Assembly (NCBI GenBank): GCA_030264375.1
Contig: JASCQW010000162.1
Location: forward strand, 56,973,074 to 57,036,851
DNA length: 63,778 bases
Direction: 5' to 3'
Source of the DNA: Carcharhinus longimanus
Taxonomy: Eukaryota
Below, piece by piece: positions 50,827 to 63,778 of this stretch. The notes beneath the pieces were generated by a model. That model searched no databases. It was not told the DNA's origin and saw only the letters and a program-made list of their open reading frames with translations. The position numbers were made by a program, and so were the translations under genes. Numbering within the stretch: the first letter of the stretch is position 1; each line of letters opens with the position of its first letter.

Positions 50827-51889
50827 GATGTCTGAAATTTTATAATACACCTCTGTTAGAAGCATGAAAAATTGTGATGTTCACTGTATATTGACCTTGT
50901 ATCATACACAATATTTACAGCACAGGAATAGTCAATTCGATCTAACAAGCTCATTTATATTGTTTGTGCTCCACATGAACCTTCCGCCAACCTTCTTCAT
51001 CTAACCCAACAACATATATACTACACAGTATTATACCCATCCTGTTTCCATGGGTAGGATTTTGTCCTCTGCAAGTTCCCCTTGAAGCCGCAAACTGACA
51101 TGTAACTATATCGCTGTTCTTTCAATGTCGTTGGGTCAAAATCCTTTAACTGCCTGCCTAACAGCACTGTGGGTGTATACCACCAGCACACAGACTGCAG
51201 CAGTTCAAGCAGACAGTTTGTCAAGGGTAATTAGGGACAGGCAATAAATGCTGACTATGCCAGCAGCACCCACATCCCACAAACAAATAATGAAAAAGCA
51301 AAAACATAGTGAATTGCTTCCTTTGGTGACCAATTCTCAAGATTGTCATTTTTAAAAGTAGTTTAACTAATCTCTCTTAACTATTCTTGTATTCCATAGG
51401 GAACATGAGGAAATAAAATTACTTTATCTCCGTATACGAGATCAATGGTAACCGTTGAATGTGGAATGGGGGTGTGACAGGTTCCATTTTTTAATTCATT
51501 CCAGTAGTTGAAGTGGTGCTGAATAATGATGAATAATTGATACTCTGTATCTATTATGGAGATGTTATTTGCTGTTCATGAAAGCTGAAGCACAAAGTCT
51601 ATAACAAGCTTGATATCCCTGTAGGCAACAGTTGTTTTTCTCATCAGTCTATCAGGGACGTAGTTCTTTAACTGTGTAAATCAGTAAATGAATCACGTGT
51701 TGGCTAGTTTATCATGATTTGAGTAACTGCATGAACTCCACTGGAAAAGCGTCATGGCTTTTTCAGATGTTTGCCTTTATTCAAAGCATTTGCAGACTAA
51801 TATATTTCTCATCTCCATCACTTACATATTGCTGACTCATATGATTCAATGAAAATCAGGAATCCTTCTGTTTTTCAACTAAACAATCC

Positions 51890-52182
51890 TGAATTGAATT
51901 GATTTGTTATTGTCACAGATGATGGGACAAATTAAATGTGTTGTATCCTGTGCACTATATAGACAAAACATACCATTCATTGAGTACATAGGGGAGAAGG
52001 AAAGAATATAGTGTGTAGAGAAAGCTCAGCTTAATGTGTGATAGGACCATTCAAAACTCTAACGGCAGCAGGAAAGAAGCTGTTTTTGAGTCAGTTGGTA
52101 CGTGTTTTCAGACTTGTATATCTTTTTCCCAATGGAAGATGGTGGAAGAGAGTACGGTCAAAGTGCGTGGAGCCTTGATTGT
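51890..52182 (-). mobile_element. Rex1/Babar 3' end
   Basis: Collinear with 414-1100 and lacks the insertion. Confidence 0.8.
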
Positions 52183-52747
52183 GTGAGCTCAGACAGCAAA
52201 TATTAGTGGGCTTTTTTTACCAGAGAAGGCATCACAGTCATTCCCATATCTTGTAAATAGAGATGCACTTTTCAGCAACAGGCATTTCAGACCAAATTGG
52301 GAGTTAGGAATCACATGGACTTCTCCTTTACTTATCTTAGGAACTGTCCAACCAAGCGTCGCTCCCCTAAATTTTCTGGAACGAGGAAGAAAAGTAACAG
52401 AAAAAAGCTCGAGAAACTATTGAAACTCTGAAGGTGTAAGATTTCTCATTCACAACCCGACTGTTTTGGTGAAAAGTATATTTGATTGTGATGATAATCA
52501 GTTTGGCAGTAATTGTTATCAACCCCCTTTTGACAAATTTATGACATCAAATGTAAATCAAAGAACACAAAATCTGCACACTGTGGCAAAAGATAAATAT
52601 TGTATTTATGTTACGAACAAAGGAAATTTTCAACCACGGCACATTAACAATGCCCCGCAACACTGACCCACCAAATGAAAATCTTGAGTTTCCATGCAAG
52701 GCTTGAGAACACCATTCCACACTGGTCACTGACTAGACTGTTATTTT

Positions 52748-53051
52748 GTTTTTATTGATTAGTGTCGCAAATAGACTTATATTAACACTGCAATGAAGTT
52801 ACTGTGAAAACCCCCAAGTCACCACACTCTGGCGTCTATTCAGGTACATTGAGGGAGAATTTAGAATGGCCAATGCAGCCAACCAACACGTCTTTCAGAG
52901 TATGGGAGGAAACCAGAGCCCCCGGAGGAAGCCACGCAGATATGGGGAGAACGGGCAAACTCCCCACAGACAGTGACCCAAGCCAGGAACTGAACATGGG
53001 TCCCAGTCGCTATAAGGCAACAGTGTTAACCATTGTGTCACCATGCTGCCC
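52748..53051 (-). mobile_element. V-SINE with alternative tail
   Basis: Same family as 41141 and 42095. Confidence 0.85.
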
Positions 53052-56000
53052 ACATGCCCATTTTGAAGAATTCCAAAATATAATTAGCATCAAAGTCACA
53101 AACTGTTTTTAATAAAAGCTACATGTGGAGGTTCAGAAATTTCAATCATATTTGTAACAACTTGAGAATACACAACAATTCAAGCAGTGATATAGAATTA
53201 CTTTCTTGATTGCACACAAACTATCCCTCCTTGCCCCTTCAAAGGATTGTGATAAAGTAATTCCCCATAGTTCAAAGATGTGCATTTAGTTCCACAAGTA
53301 CCCTCAAGCAAACTTGCAATGTTATAATAGGTACATTGCTTATCGCCCCAGCTCCCCACGTAATTTTTTAGCACAGCAGAAGCATTCGGTCCACCGTGTC
53401 TGCACCACCTCTTTAAAAATGTCTTGTTTCAGGAGCGCTTAACTTCATCTACTGGAATGAGTTAAAAATATGGAACCTGTCACCCCCATCCCACATTTAC
53501 CAGTTATGATTGATCTCATATATGGAGCTAAACTAATTTTATTTCCTTGTCTTCCTTATAGAATATAAAATTAGTTAAGTGAAAAGATTAAACTATTTTT
53601 CAAAATGATATTCCATCAAGTCTCTCGTTGCAAGTACTAATGAAGTTGCTTCCAACATCCTTTCAGGCAATGCATTCCTGGCAGCTCCAAATAGCATGCT
53701 GCATTCAAAAAAAAATCATCTTTTGTGTGACTGTTGTCAGAGTTTGAAGCTCCTCTGCAAACATTCATCACAATTTGAAGGAGTAGATGTTAAGCACTCC
53801 TGAAACAAGATATTTCTGCGGGGAAGATGACACAAATCTGCTCCTGGACTCATATTAAATGAGGCTTTCTGTGATTGATGCCACAAATGCTGCATTGTGC
53901 TCTTTCAGCTAAATGAAATTGAGCACGAGGACTACCCGCGCATACCCTATCCTCAAGTATTCATCAACACGTAACAATTAAANNNNNNNNNNNNNNNNNN
54001 NNNNNNNNNNNNNNNNNNNNNNNNNNNNNNNNNNNNNNNNNNNNNNNNNNNNNNNNNNNNNNNNNNNNNNNNNNNNNNNNNNAATAACATTTAAGTGAAA
54101 ATTTTATTTACATCAACAAACCAAAACGATATGTTTCACAATTTTTTCACAGCTGAAGCAGAAGTTTTTTTTAAAAAATCAGCTCCTTACATTACCCACT
54201 GATTTAAATAGGGGAAAAGTAAAGGCAATTGTCTCTGTCATCAACTTGTTATGCACCCTCTGCATCCCTAATCATAACAATTTCACTCCATCCCTTTTTG
54301 TTTTGCCGACCTAATCTGCTTTAATGCAATTTACATTAGTTCCTTGAGACTCCATTGACACTTCATTATCCTGTCATTTTATATCCAGAACTGTGCACTG
54401 TGACAGAAGATTGGGCAACTAATCTGCACCTAACAAAAATAAAAATCCAATTATTCTCTTTGTTGCCTGGGTGAATCTTTCTGCTTATATATGAGGGATT
54501 TTGCACACTGGGCTTTGTACTTGGAACCACAAAGCTCTAAAGGTCCCCCTTCAATAGAGCCGAAACCAAACTAAATCTTTTTCAGATGGGGGAATGTTCT
54601 TTTCCTTACCTGGCTTTATTGCATTGACTAACACAACTGGTCAACATTGCCCAAGACCTGTCCAAATTTAATCCTTATAGGACAGAAGGAGACCTATCGA
54701 GGCTGCATCGGCTCTCTGACAGAGCATCTTACCCTGGTCCTCTCCCCTGCCAACTAACGGTTATGTACTTGACCTTGGTCATCTGAAGTCATAATGGAGC
54801 TCAGTTAATTAAACGGCTGCACTGACTCCAAATCATTCTCAGCCAACTTGATCTTGAAGGTGTGTGATAAACATAGATTTCATCTCTTTGCCATTCATTT
54901 TCCTGCAGAATGTTTCACTGTGTTGGTGCATTTTTCAACATTGAACTGAAGAGTTCTGCTTTTGATTTCTCTGTGAGTGCAATATCATTAACACTCTAAT
55001 TACCACTGCTGTTGCCTCCACTTGAATGGCCCACTGTTGTGTTCCAGAAAATAAGTGCATGGAGCAAATGAAGGGATTAGCATCCACCTGATGATCTAAA
55101 CCAAAATATTAGCTCGTTGTCCATCAATGCATCTTGGATCAATTATTGATCCCCGAGGCAATGACAATACACTTGTTGAACCCATTTTGATGCTTAAAGA
55201 TTTCAAATAGAACTTTCTACCAAAAGAAATCAAATATTTTCTTACAGTTGATGAAAACATGCAGTTTTCTCTTTTTTTATTTTCCCCTCATGAATTTGTC
55301 AACCATTAAACATTATGCAATAAACAAAAACAGCAAGTGTTGGAAGTACTCAGTTGGTCTGCAGCATCTATGGAGAGAGAAACAGAATCAATGGGGTGAT
55401 TAATGTGGAGTGTGGTTGGCTCGCTCCCACCACCACTGGAAAAGAAACAAAGTGGGTGTGGAGATGATCTGCTTCACGCCACTCTGCCCTGCAGCCACAA
55501 AGCGCTGCGAGGCAGTGAAACAAGGGCCATGTAAGAACTTCTGCCCCTCACTGGGGAGGAAGTCCCGCCCTCTGGAGCTGCCGGCCATTGGATTGTCCCC
55601 ACAGTGCCAAGACAGTGTCGGTGGCAGCTGTTGGAACTGCAGGAGAAGGAGGAAGAAGGTTCATGGATCCATGGAACACATAAATCTGGAGTCTTGAGCA
55701 GGGAGGATTTTGGTACATCAGGAGGGGACATGGTTTGAAAGAGGGGGTGGATTTAGGTAGCAGGCAGGTAAGAAGGAAGGAGGATTCAACCATGAGGTGC
55801 GGGAGTCACCCCATAATCAACAAAGGGCAACCCCTGAACAGTCAACCTCTTCTTCTTTCCTGTCCTTTGAAGAACTCTTAAAAAACGTTGCTCACTCCTG
55901 TCCAGATGCCCAGGCTGAACATTTCATCATTTAGGAAACATAGTATCAAGGTCAATTGGCTCAATAACAGGCCAAGTTGATGCTTCATTACTTGTTTGAA

Positions 56001-56765
56001 TATAGTGAGCACACAGCCAATTTTGGCACCTGCCCAACGTACCCACCCACCCCCTGTATTATGAGAGTGAGCTCAGGCATGGGCGGAAAGGTGGTGGGGT
56101 GGACACCTGCCCAATATTGTATGCCCCCTCCCACTACCCACACATATCACTGCCCCCTTATCCACCCTCNNNNNNNNNNNNNNNNNNNNNNNNNNNNNNN
56201 NNNNNNNNNNNNNNNNNNNNNNNNNNNNNNNNNNNNNNNNNNNNNNNNNNNNNNNNNNNNNNNNNNNNNNNNNNNNNNNNNNNNNNNNNNNNNNNNNNNN
56301 NNNNNNNNNNNNNNNNNNNNNNNNNNNNNNNNNNNNNNNNNNNNNNNNNNNNNNNNNNNNNNNNNNNNNNNNNNNNNNNNNNNNNNNNNNNNNNNNNNNN
56401 NNNNNNNNNNNNNNNNNNNNNNNNNNNNNNNNNNNNNNNNNNNNNNNNNNNNNNNNNNNNNNNNNNNNNNNNNNNNNNNNNNNNNNNNNNNNNNNNNNNN
56501 NNNNNNNNNNNNNNNNNNNNNNNNNNNNNNNNNNNNNNNNNNNNNNNNNNNNNNNNNNNNNNNNNNNNNNNNNNNNNNNNNNNNNNNNNNNNNNNNNNNN
56601 NNNNNNNNNNNNNNNNNNNNNNNNNNNNNNNNNNNNNNNNNNNNNNNNNNNNNNNNNNNNNNNNNNNNNNNNNNNNNNNNNNNNNNNNNNNNNNNNNNNN
56701 NNNNNNNNNNNNNNNNNNNNNNNNNNNNNNNNNNNNNNNNNNNNNNNNNNNNNNNNNNNNNNNNN

Positions 56766-56993
56766 GCGATCTGACATGGGCGTACTTTTTCAAATTTTGT
56801 TTTAACTGCGCATGCGTAGTTCAGAGCTCCGATCATTTCAGGTGTGCTAAGCCCTGCCCACAGCATGAATGGGACCCGTGATTTTTGTTTTGCAGGCTGA
56901 GTGCGTATGGGGGCGCCTGAAAGCAGATTTTTAAGCCGGATCTGAATTATGCCCAGATTCAGCACTTAGAATGAAAATGGTAAAATCAGGCCC
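56766..56993 (-). mobile_element. End of a second copy of the 31665 Harbinger-type element
   Basis: Reverse complement of 31665-31900, ending tggtaaaatcaggccc. Confidence 0.8.
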
Positions 56994-58094
56994 TATATAT
57001 CAGTAAATCTCAAATTGGTTTGCATTTTTAAGAGCTCTGTGCTTAAATTGTTATTTTTTCCATGGCTTTATAAATCGGTTATGTGCTAGTCTTAACAAGC
57101 TTATAGATTTAATCTCATCTCAACTATATAGCTGTCATTTTCCTGCTGAAGAAATCAGTTTTCAGCTACCCTGATAGCAGAATGGAGACATACATTGTAC
57201 AATGTGTAACATACAGAACAGGCCAGTCCAAACTTGGATTTCTGATCTGCACGTTAGCTGAGGTGGTGCAAGAGCTAAGAATGACTTCAAGATCCATTTA
57301 ATTATAAAAGAGTAATAAGTGTAGATTGGAGCCAGCATCCCAGTGACTCCCTCATGACCTTAATTGAAAAATACACATGGATTACATACGTGATCCATAT
57401 GCGCTACTTTGTTAAAAAGCAATTTGACCCTTAGAGTTCAGGCTCACTGTGTAAGAATGGTCATTTGGATTATAAAATGAGGGCTGAACAAAAATATAGC
57501 AGTCCCAGAGGCAACTGAAATGTATATAAAGTTGAAATCTTATAATCAGAATGCAACACCAAGAATCAAGAGAAGTCGTCATACCACTATAAAGCAATGG
57601 GTATATTTTTCAATTTATGTGCAAAATAGAACTTTGCATTATAACTCTTTCCCAAAAGGCTGATATGAAGCCCAGAAATTAATTTCATAATTAGTTCAGC
57701 AATTTCTGTGCGCTGTGAATTTAATGGCTGACTCCAATAAGAAGAACTAAGTTTGTAATTTAAGTCTTGACTGAGGAAAGTGACAGAATAAAACTGAGGC
57801 AACACATAATTGTTGATCTTTACAGAGTGGGTACAATTTAAGCTTTCAAATTGACGTTGCTTTATTTTTCATAATCATAAGCAGGTCCCATTAATTATTA
57901 AGACCGCCAAAATCCTGACCATTATGTTACAGTCAACAATTTTAATTCTGGATAAGACATCAGCATGTCAGCAATGAGAGAATGAAAATGAGAATGTGTG
58001 TCCTGCCATTCTTGGATCATACAACCAAACACCATATTCAAAACATCCACAGCAAGGAGATGCACAAGCAAACTTGTACAGTGTTTGCTATTTT

Positions 58095-59240
58095 TTAAAA
58101 ACTATCCACAGGTTTTGGGTGTCGCTAGCTAGGCCAGAATTTATTGACCATCGCTAATTGCCCTTGGGAAGGTAGTAGTTGCATGCTTTCTTGAACCGCT
58201 ACAGTCCATGTGGTGCAGTACATCCACAGTTCTATTTTGGAGCTGCATTCATCCAGGCAAGTGGAGGATATTCCATCACACTCCTAAGTTCTGCCTTGTA
58301 GGTGTTGGACAGGCTTTGGGAAGTCAGGCATGAGTTACACATCACAGAATTTCTAACCTCTAACCAGCTGTTGAAGCTCCAGGATTTATATGGCTAGTAC
58401 AGTTCAGTTGATGATCAGTGGTAATCCCCAGGGTGTTAATAGTGGGGATTCAATGTTGGCAATGCCAAAGAGTGATGGGAACGTTCTCTCTTGTTGGAGA
58501 TAGTCATGTGTGCCATGAGTGTTATTTGCCACTTCTCAACCCAAGCCTCAATATTGACGAGATCTTATTTGTAAATGGACTGCTTCAATACCTGACAAGT
58601 CACACATTGTGCAATCATTAATGAATATACCCAATTCTGATCATATGATGGAAGGAAAGTCATTGATGAAGCAGCTGAAGGTGGTTGAGCTTAGGATACC
58701 ACCCCAAAAAACTCTTTCTCCTTGACGCCACATTTGGTCAAGTGCTGTCTTGATGTCAANNNNNNNNNNNNNNNNNNNNNNNNNNNNNNNNNNNNNNNNN
58801 NNNNNNNNNNNNNNNNNNNNNNNNNNNNNNNNNNNNNNNNNNNNNNNNNNNNNNNNNNNCCTTGACGCCACATTTGGTCAAGTGCTGTCTTGATGTCAAG
58901 AGAAGTCATCCTGACTTCATATCTGCAGTTCACCTTTTTTTTGTGCATGTTTGAACAAAGATTGTACTGAGATCAGGAGCTGAATGACTGTGGCAGAACC
59001 CAAACTGAGCAAGAGAGAACAGGTTATTGCTAGCAAGTGTCACTTGATAGCATTGTTTATGATTCCTTCCATCACTTTACTGATGATTGTGAGTAGACTG
59101 ATGGGGCAGTAATTGGCCAGGTTATATTTGTCCTGCATTTTGGGAAATTTTCCACATTTCTGGGTATTAGCTAGCATTGTAGCTGTACTGGAATATCTTG
59201 GCTAGGGGAACAGCAAGTTCTGGAGCACAAGCCTTCAGTA
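58095..59240 (-). mobile_element. Second non-LTR family (as 35280), RT fragment plus 3' end
   Basis: EVRMTSLDIKTALDQMW; tail gggcaattagcgatggtcaataaa on -. Confidence 0.75.
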
Positions 59241-59745
59241 CTAAATGCTAAGCACTAAATAAGTGAAGAGGAAACTGGGAGTATTGTAGAATGGAACCTA
59301 GAGCCCCGCACAAGAATAGGTTATGAGAAAATAGAGACAATCAGCCTGATATTGAAAGAAGACATTTCAAGCATAAAATTGGACAACTCAAAATGACAAA
59401 TTATGCTTTCGAAAATTGAAACTAATTTTGCTTCATTAGTATTTAATAGTTAGGCCTGTTAATAAACTAGGACCTGAGGTGTGATAACTAAATTGATCCA
59501 TCACTCTATATAGCTTTCAAACTTGTTCCTTTTCTCTTTTCCAATCAATTTTGGAAAGCACTTGTGCTGTTATAAATATTGAACGTTGTACAGTTATATT
59601 AATATGTTGAATATTGAATCTGAGTTCTTACAGTCATATAGTTTTTAAAGTTTTTGTGCAGTCAATACGAGTTATCAATGTATGTTATTTCACAATCTTT
59701 AAGTGTCATGAGTAACGTTGTGGTATGATGAAATAATGAAATCTA

Positions 59746-59958
59746 AGCACTGAATTTTCCGGCCATTCCCGCCAGTGGGATATTCCAGTCCTGGCGAAAG
59801 TGACCAAACCCCTCCCCTCCCCCATGGCGGGTTCCCCAGCAGCAGGATGGGCACGCCATGCAAAACACGAGACATCAACGGGACCAAGACATTCCTACCA
59901 CAGCCATTGGCAAGCCGCAAAGGCGGGGAGAGAGAGTTGGGGGCAGAAAACGCCACCC
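59746..59958. mobile_element. Harbinger-type MITE with TAA TSD
   Basis: taa|gcactgaattttcc...agaaaacgccaccc|taa. Confidence 0.55.
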
Positions 59959-60864
59959 TAAATTTTTAAAGGTGTTTGACCCTGTAACTTGGTCACCGAG
60001 ATCAATATTAGTAAACAAAATAAAATAGATGGGACTAAAACTAAAACTTTCAAATCCAATTAGATTTAAAACTGAAAATAACTTAACTGAATTTAAAGCA
60101 ATTATATTTTGTTCCTCTGTTATTCACATAGCAGCGTGGTACGATTGACAAGTTAAATCGTGAAAATAATTTACATAATTGTTGAAAAAAGATATAATGA
60201 GGTAATCTTTCAAAAAAGCAATCAAATGGTTTCAGGTCAAAGTGTTATATGCCTAACACAAAAACCCTGCCCACTTTATTGAAATGCACCTGGACAGCTC
60301 TCAGCTGGAACCTATTACCTAACACATTGTTCAAAGAGAAAAGCTTCCGCACTTGCTAATAAGGTTATTAGCAGAATGGCAAGCACATCAGAAAATTATA
60401 AAAGGAATACATTTCTCAACAGAACTGGAATTAAATCAAACCAGAAGAAGCAATGGAAATCGATACCTATGAAATCGATACAATAAGTATTTGCAATTTA
60501 TCAATTTATGTCCACTAATTGTACCTAGTTAGTTTATAACAATATATCCAGACATATCTCTGCCATTTCGTAAGATTGCATAGATTACAGCGGAATAACT
60601 ACATCTGGATTACTCAGTACTAAGGAGAATAAAGGAAACATTCCATATTTTGGAAACAGGACAGAAAATGATCACAATACTCACGTCCAGCATCAGAGCA
60701 CTGGGAAGGCAGTGACATAGTGGCAGGAATTGTTTGGCAGTTCATGCCAGGGGGATTCTCTGGTCCCGCTGCAGTGAATGGAGATTTGGCTGAAAGCCAA
60801 ATTGTCTGTCCTTGCTTGCAGCAGCAGTGGGGTACAAAGGGCCGGAGAATTCTGAGCAGTGTTT

Positions 60865-61182
60865 TTGTCAGAGGGTGGTAATCCAAACATCCAGGGTAAG
60901 TAATGCTCTGGGGACCTGGGTTCAAGTCCCACCACTGCAGATGGCAAAATTTGAATTCAATTTTTTAAATCTGGAATGTTTAAAAAAGTCTAATGATGAC
61001 CACAAAACCATTGTTGATTGCTGTTAAACCCAGCTGGTTCACTCATGTCATTTAGGGACAGAAATCTGCCATCCTTACCTGGTCTTGCTACATGTGATTC
61101 TTAAATGCTCTCTGAACAAGGGCAACTGGAGATGGGCAATAAATGCTGGTGTAAGCAGCAATGTTGAAATCCAATGAACGAA
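60865..61182 (+). mobile_element. tRNA-derived SINE sharing its tail with the second LINE family
   Basis: B-box gggttcaagtccc; tail gggcaactggagatgggcaataaatgctgg matches 51225-51290 and the reverse complement of 58110-58165. Confidence 0.7.
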
Positions 61183-63228
61183 CATGAGGAGAAAATCCAA
61201 TGCTTTTCACTTTTAGAAGAAATGGGACAGGAGAAGGATAATAAATATATTGAGATTACTAAATAGAATGGGAAAAGTTCATCTGGACAGTTTCAAGTTG
61301 AATTATGACTGCAGACAAGCTCAGAGCTGATCTTGTATGTATCACATATTAAAGAATGGTTTGTACCTGGTATGGTACTCAAATCCTGGTTGTAGATGGA
61401 CAAACATTGAAATCATTCAAAATCCAATTGAATGCTGTGATGAGAAGGACCACAGGTTCTCTTTGAAGATTGTACAATATGTGGTCAATAACTTCAGTTA
61501 TTCATATTTTCCTTCATGATTTATCAGTTAGTGAAGGTATATCAATAACATGACGTCCAGGATATCATCCAAGACCAATAACAACAAAAAATAGACATGG
61601 ACTAAAGTATAATAGAATAACTTTACCCCCTTTCTTCAGGATCTCCTTTAGTATTTCTCACAGGTGGTCCAAAGCAGAGTTTTCCAGATGACCTGTCCTG
61701 CCTTTTTAGGAAAACGCTGGCCAAATATAGCCTGTGACCATGCAATTTGGCTATTGAATCTCAGTTTTATTTCTTATTTGTTGGTTCGCCCTATTTGAAT
61801 TTCATGCAACAAAAGTTTGGAAAGGCATATTTTAAGCTATGCTGCTTAAGTGGTGGAAAATCCAAAATCAGGGCACCAAGGCTGGAATCTTACCACCATT
61901 CACAGTGGCAGGTTTTTTCCATCTCGCTGCAATGAATGGAAATTTGGCTGGCCGCCAAATCATCTGAGTTTGCTGTAGCAGGAGTGTGGCATGAATGGCA
62001 GGTAAGATTGCACCCCAAGGTTCATCATGATCCATAGTTCGATTTTTATGAAAAGTAACGGGTACTTGATTTGGAGTGATATCTGTGGCCTCTAAGGCTT
62101 CATGGAGAGCATCTAACTGATCCGCAAAGACAAAAGGATTGGCTAGATTTAACTACTTTAATGTCATTGTGCATTTTCTCTTTCAATAATTCTGCTGGTC
62201 TTTGTACTTCTGAGATATTCTTCTTTGTACAAACTATACTAGATATTTACACAATGTCATTTTTGTATGCACTACGTAAGAGGAAATAAATAGTTTAAAA
62301 ATCAAGAACAATATGCTAACCCCAAATGGGTGAACTGAAGGAAGTGTAGAAGATGGCCCAGTGTCACACAGATTCAGCAACAAGCAACATGCTGCTTTAG
62401 AATTACAGCTAAATGCTTAGCAATTACGATGGCAAAATGTGTTTTCGATTCTACATTGTGTTCATTACTGGAAGAAAAATGCCTGCTCCCAGCTGATGGA
62501 GCTTAACAATGTTGCTACACATTTTAATGACTTCATTCCCAGTTAAATCTATTGGCTCGAGGCAACACCTTGGGCCTGAGAGAAAGGTAGTGGATTCCAG
62601 ATTTGTGTAGATATTTGCACACATGCCCCGTGGAGTCAACAATCAATTGTAACATCTTGTTTAACATCTTTATTTTCTTGGTGGAAAAAGAGACAGAGCT
62701 GAATAGACCAGATAACTCATGGAGATAACATTGGGATTACTTTGGCAGGTGCAGACGGCTGTCTCTACTCTTCTCCATTTCATATTCTTTACTAGATAAT
62801 TGAGTGTTTGGTGAAGCAGATTGCAATCTTTAGTAATGCAAGCATATAACTGTAATCATGCACTGAATTGATCTGTTTTATTTTCCAACAAATCCTTAAA
62901 AGGTGCAAGAACAGGACTTATTGATGATGCAGCAGTCTGGAGTATTTTATTCTTACAACCTGAGTATTCAGACCTTTGAATTAAAAAGAAAATGCATGGC
63001 TATTTCAATATAGTGGGGACAGATCTATAGAGAACAGGAATGGTCTGGATTTGATTATCCAGCTTATCTAGAGTTATTTGGTTTGACAATTTGTTATTTA
63101 TATTGTGTTAGTTCATCTCAGTGTTGGTGGGACAATAAGTGTCCTCAAGACCCATTTGTTAAACAGGAAGAAACAGCCATGGTTCCCCTTGCAGATGGAT
63201 GTCCAGCCCTGATGGAAAAGCTTCTTTT

Positions 63229-63510
63229 TAAAGTTTATTTATTAGTGACACAAACTGGCTTACATTCACACTGCAATGAAATTACTGTGAAAATCCCGTA
63301 GTCATCACATTCTGGAGCCTGTTTGGGCACACTGAGGGAGAATTTAGCATGACCAATGCACCTAACCAGTGTGACTTTTGGACTGTGGGAGGAAACTGGA
63401 GTACCTAGAGGAAAGCCACAGGGAGAACATGCATAGACAGCAACCCGAGCTGGGAACTGAACCCTGGCACTGTGAGGCAGTAGTGCTAACCACTGTCCCA
63501 CTGTGCCGCC
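63229..63510 (-). mobile_element. V-SINE with alternative tail
   Basis: Same family as 44503. Confidence 0.88.
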
Positions 63511-63778
63511 GTGGCCATTACATGAGAAGAAGGCTTAGAACTTGCATGTGATTGCTTCTCAGTTAAGTGGCTGATTAACATTACAATAGTTTTGTCAGCT
63601 GAATTTAGCCTTCATGGATGGAGACCCTTGTCATTAAATAAGTCACAATCTGGGACACAAGATGTGGACATTGCTGGCAAGGTTAACATTTAGTGTCCAT
63701 TCCTAATTCCCCTTGAGAGACCTGCCTTCGTGAATCATTGCACTTGATGTAGTGAAGATACGCCACATGGTGCCGTTA

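Larger units (their letters stand above)
51344..53610. repeat. Diverged ~170 bp inverted repeat pair enclosing 1.9 kb
   Basis: 51344-51514 is the diverged reverse complement of 53442-53610. Confidence 0.8.

Noticed and set aside
55977-56965. ORFs of 200-270 aa (also 31881-32552)
   Set aside because: Composed mostly of N-gap X residues.
58720-58899. 40 bp exact repeat across a gap
   Set aside because: Same scaffolding artefact.

Overview
Repeat-rich eukaryotic genomic DNA with many N gaps. The HE1/V-SINEs, HER1-like CR1 LINEs and SacSINE1-like DeuSINEs point to a cartilaginous fish, probably a shark (inference from recalled repeat families, not a database search). I recognise no intact host protein-coding gene, rRNA, tRNA or CRISPR array. 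The recognisable ORFs are decayed transposon frames: a rearranged two-gene Harbinger (about 1.8-6.2 kb), a fragmented Ty1/Copia of probable GalEa type (36.3-42.9 kb), CR1, Rex1/Babar and RTE LINEs, Penelope-like ends carrying minimal hammerhead ribozyme motifs, and many SINEs and MITEs. The best unexplained signals are: a CpG-retaining, hairpin-dense non-repeat island at 19.63-20.33 kb; a duplicated ~200 bp element (11.9 and 13.2 kb) whose two copies are closed by different but self-complementary stems; a triple-hammerhead Penelope structure that has captured nearby DNA (17.0-17.3 kb); and several fold-back or inverted local duplications. Coordinates were read by eye, so repeat boundaries are approximate.
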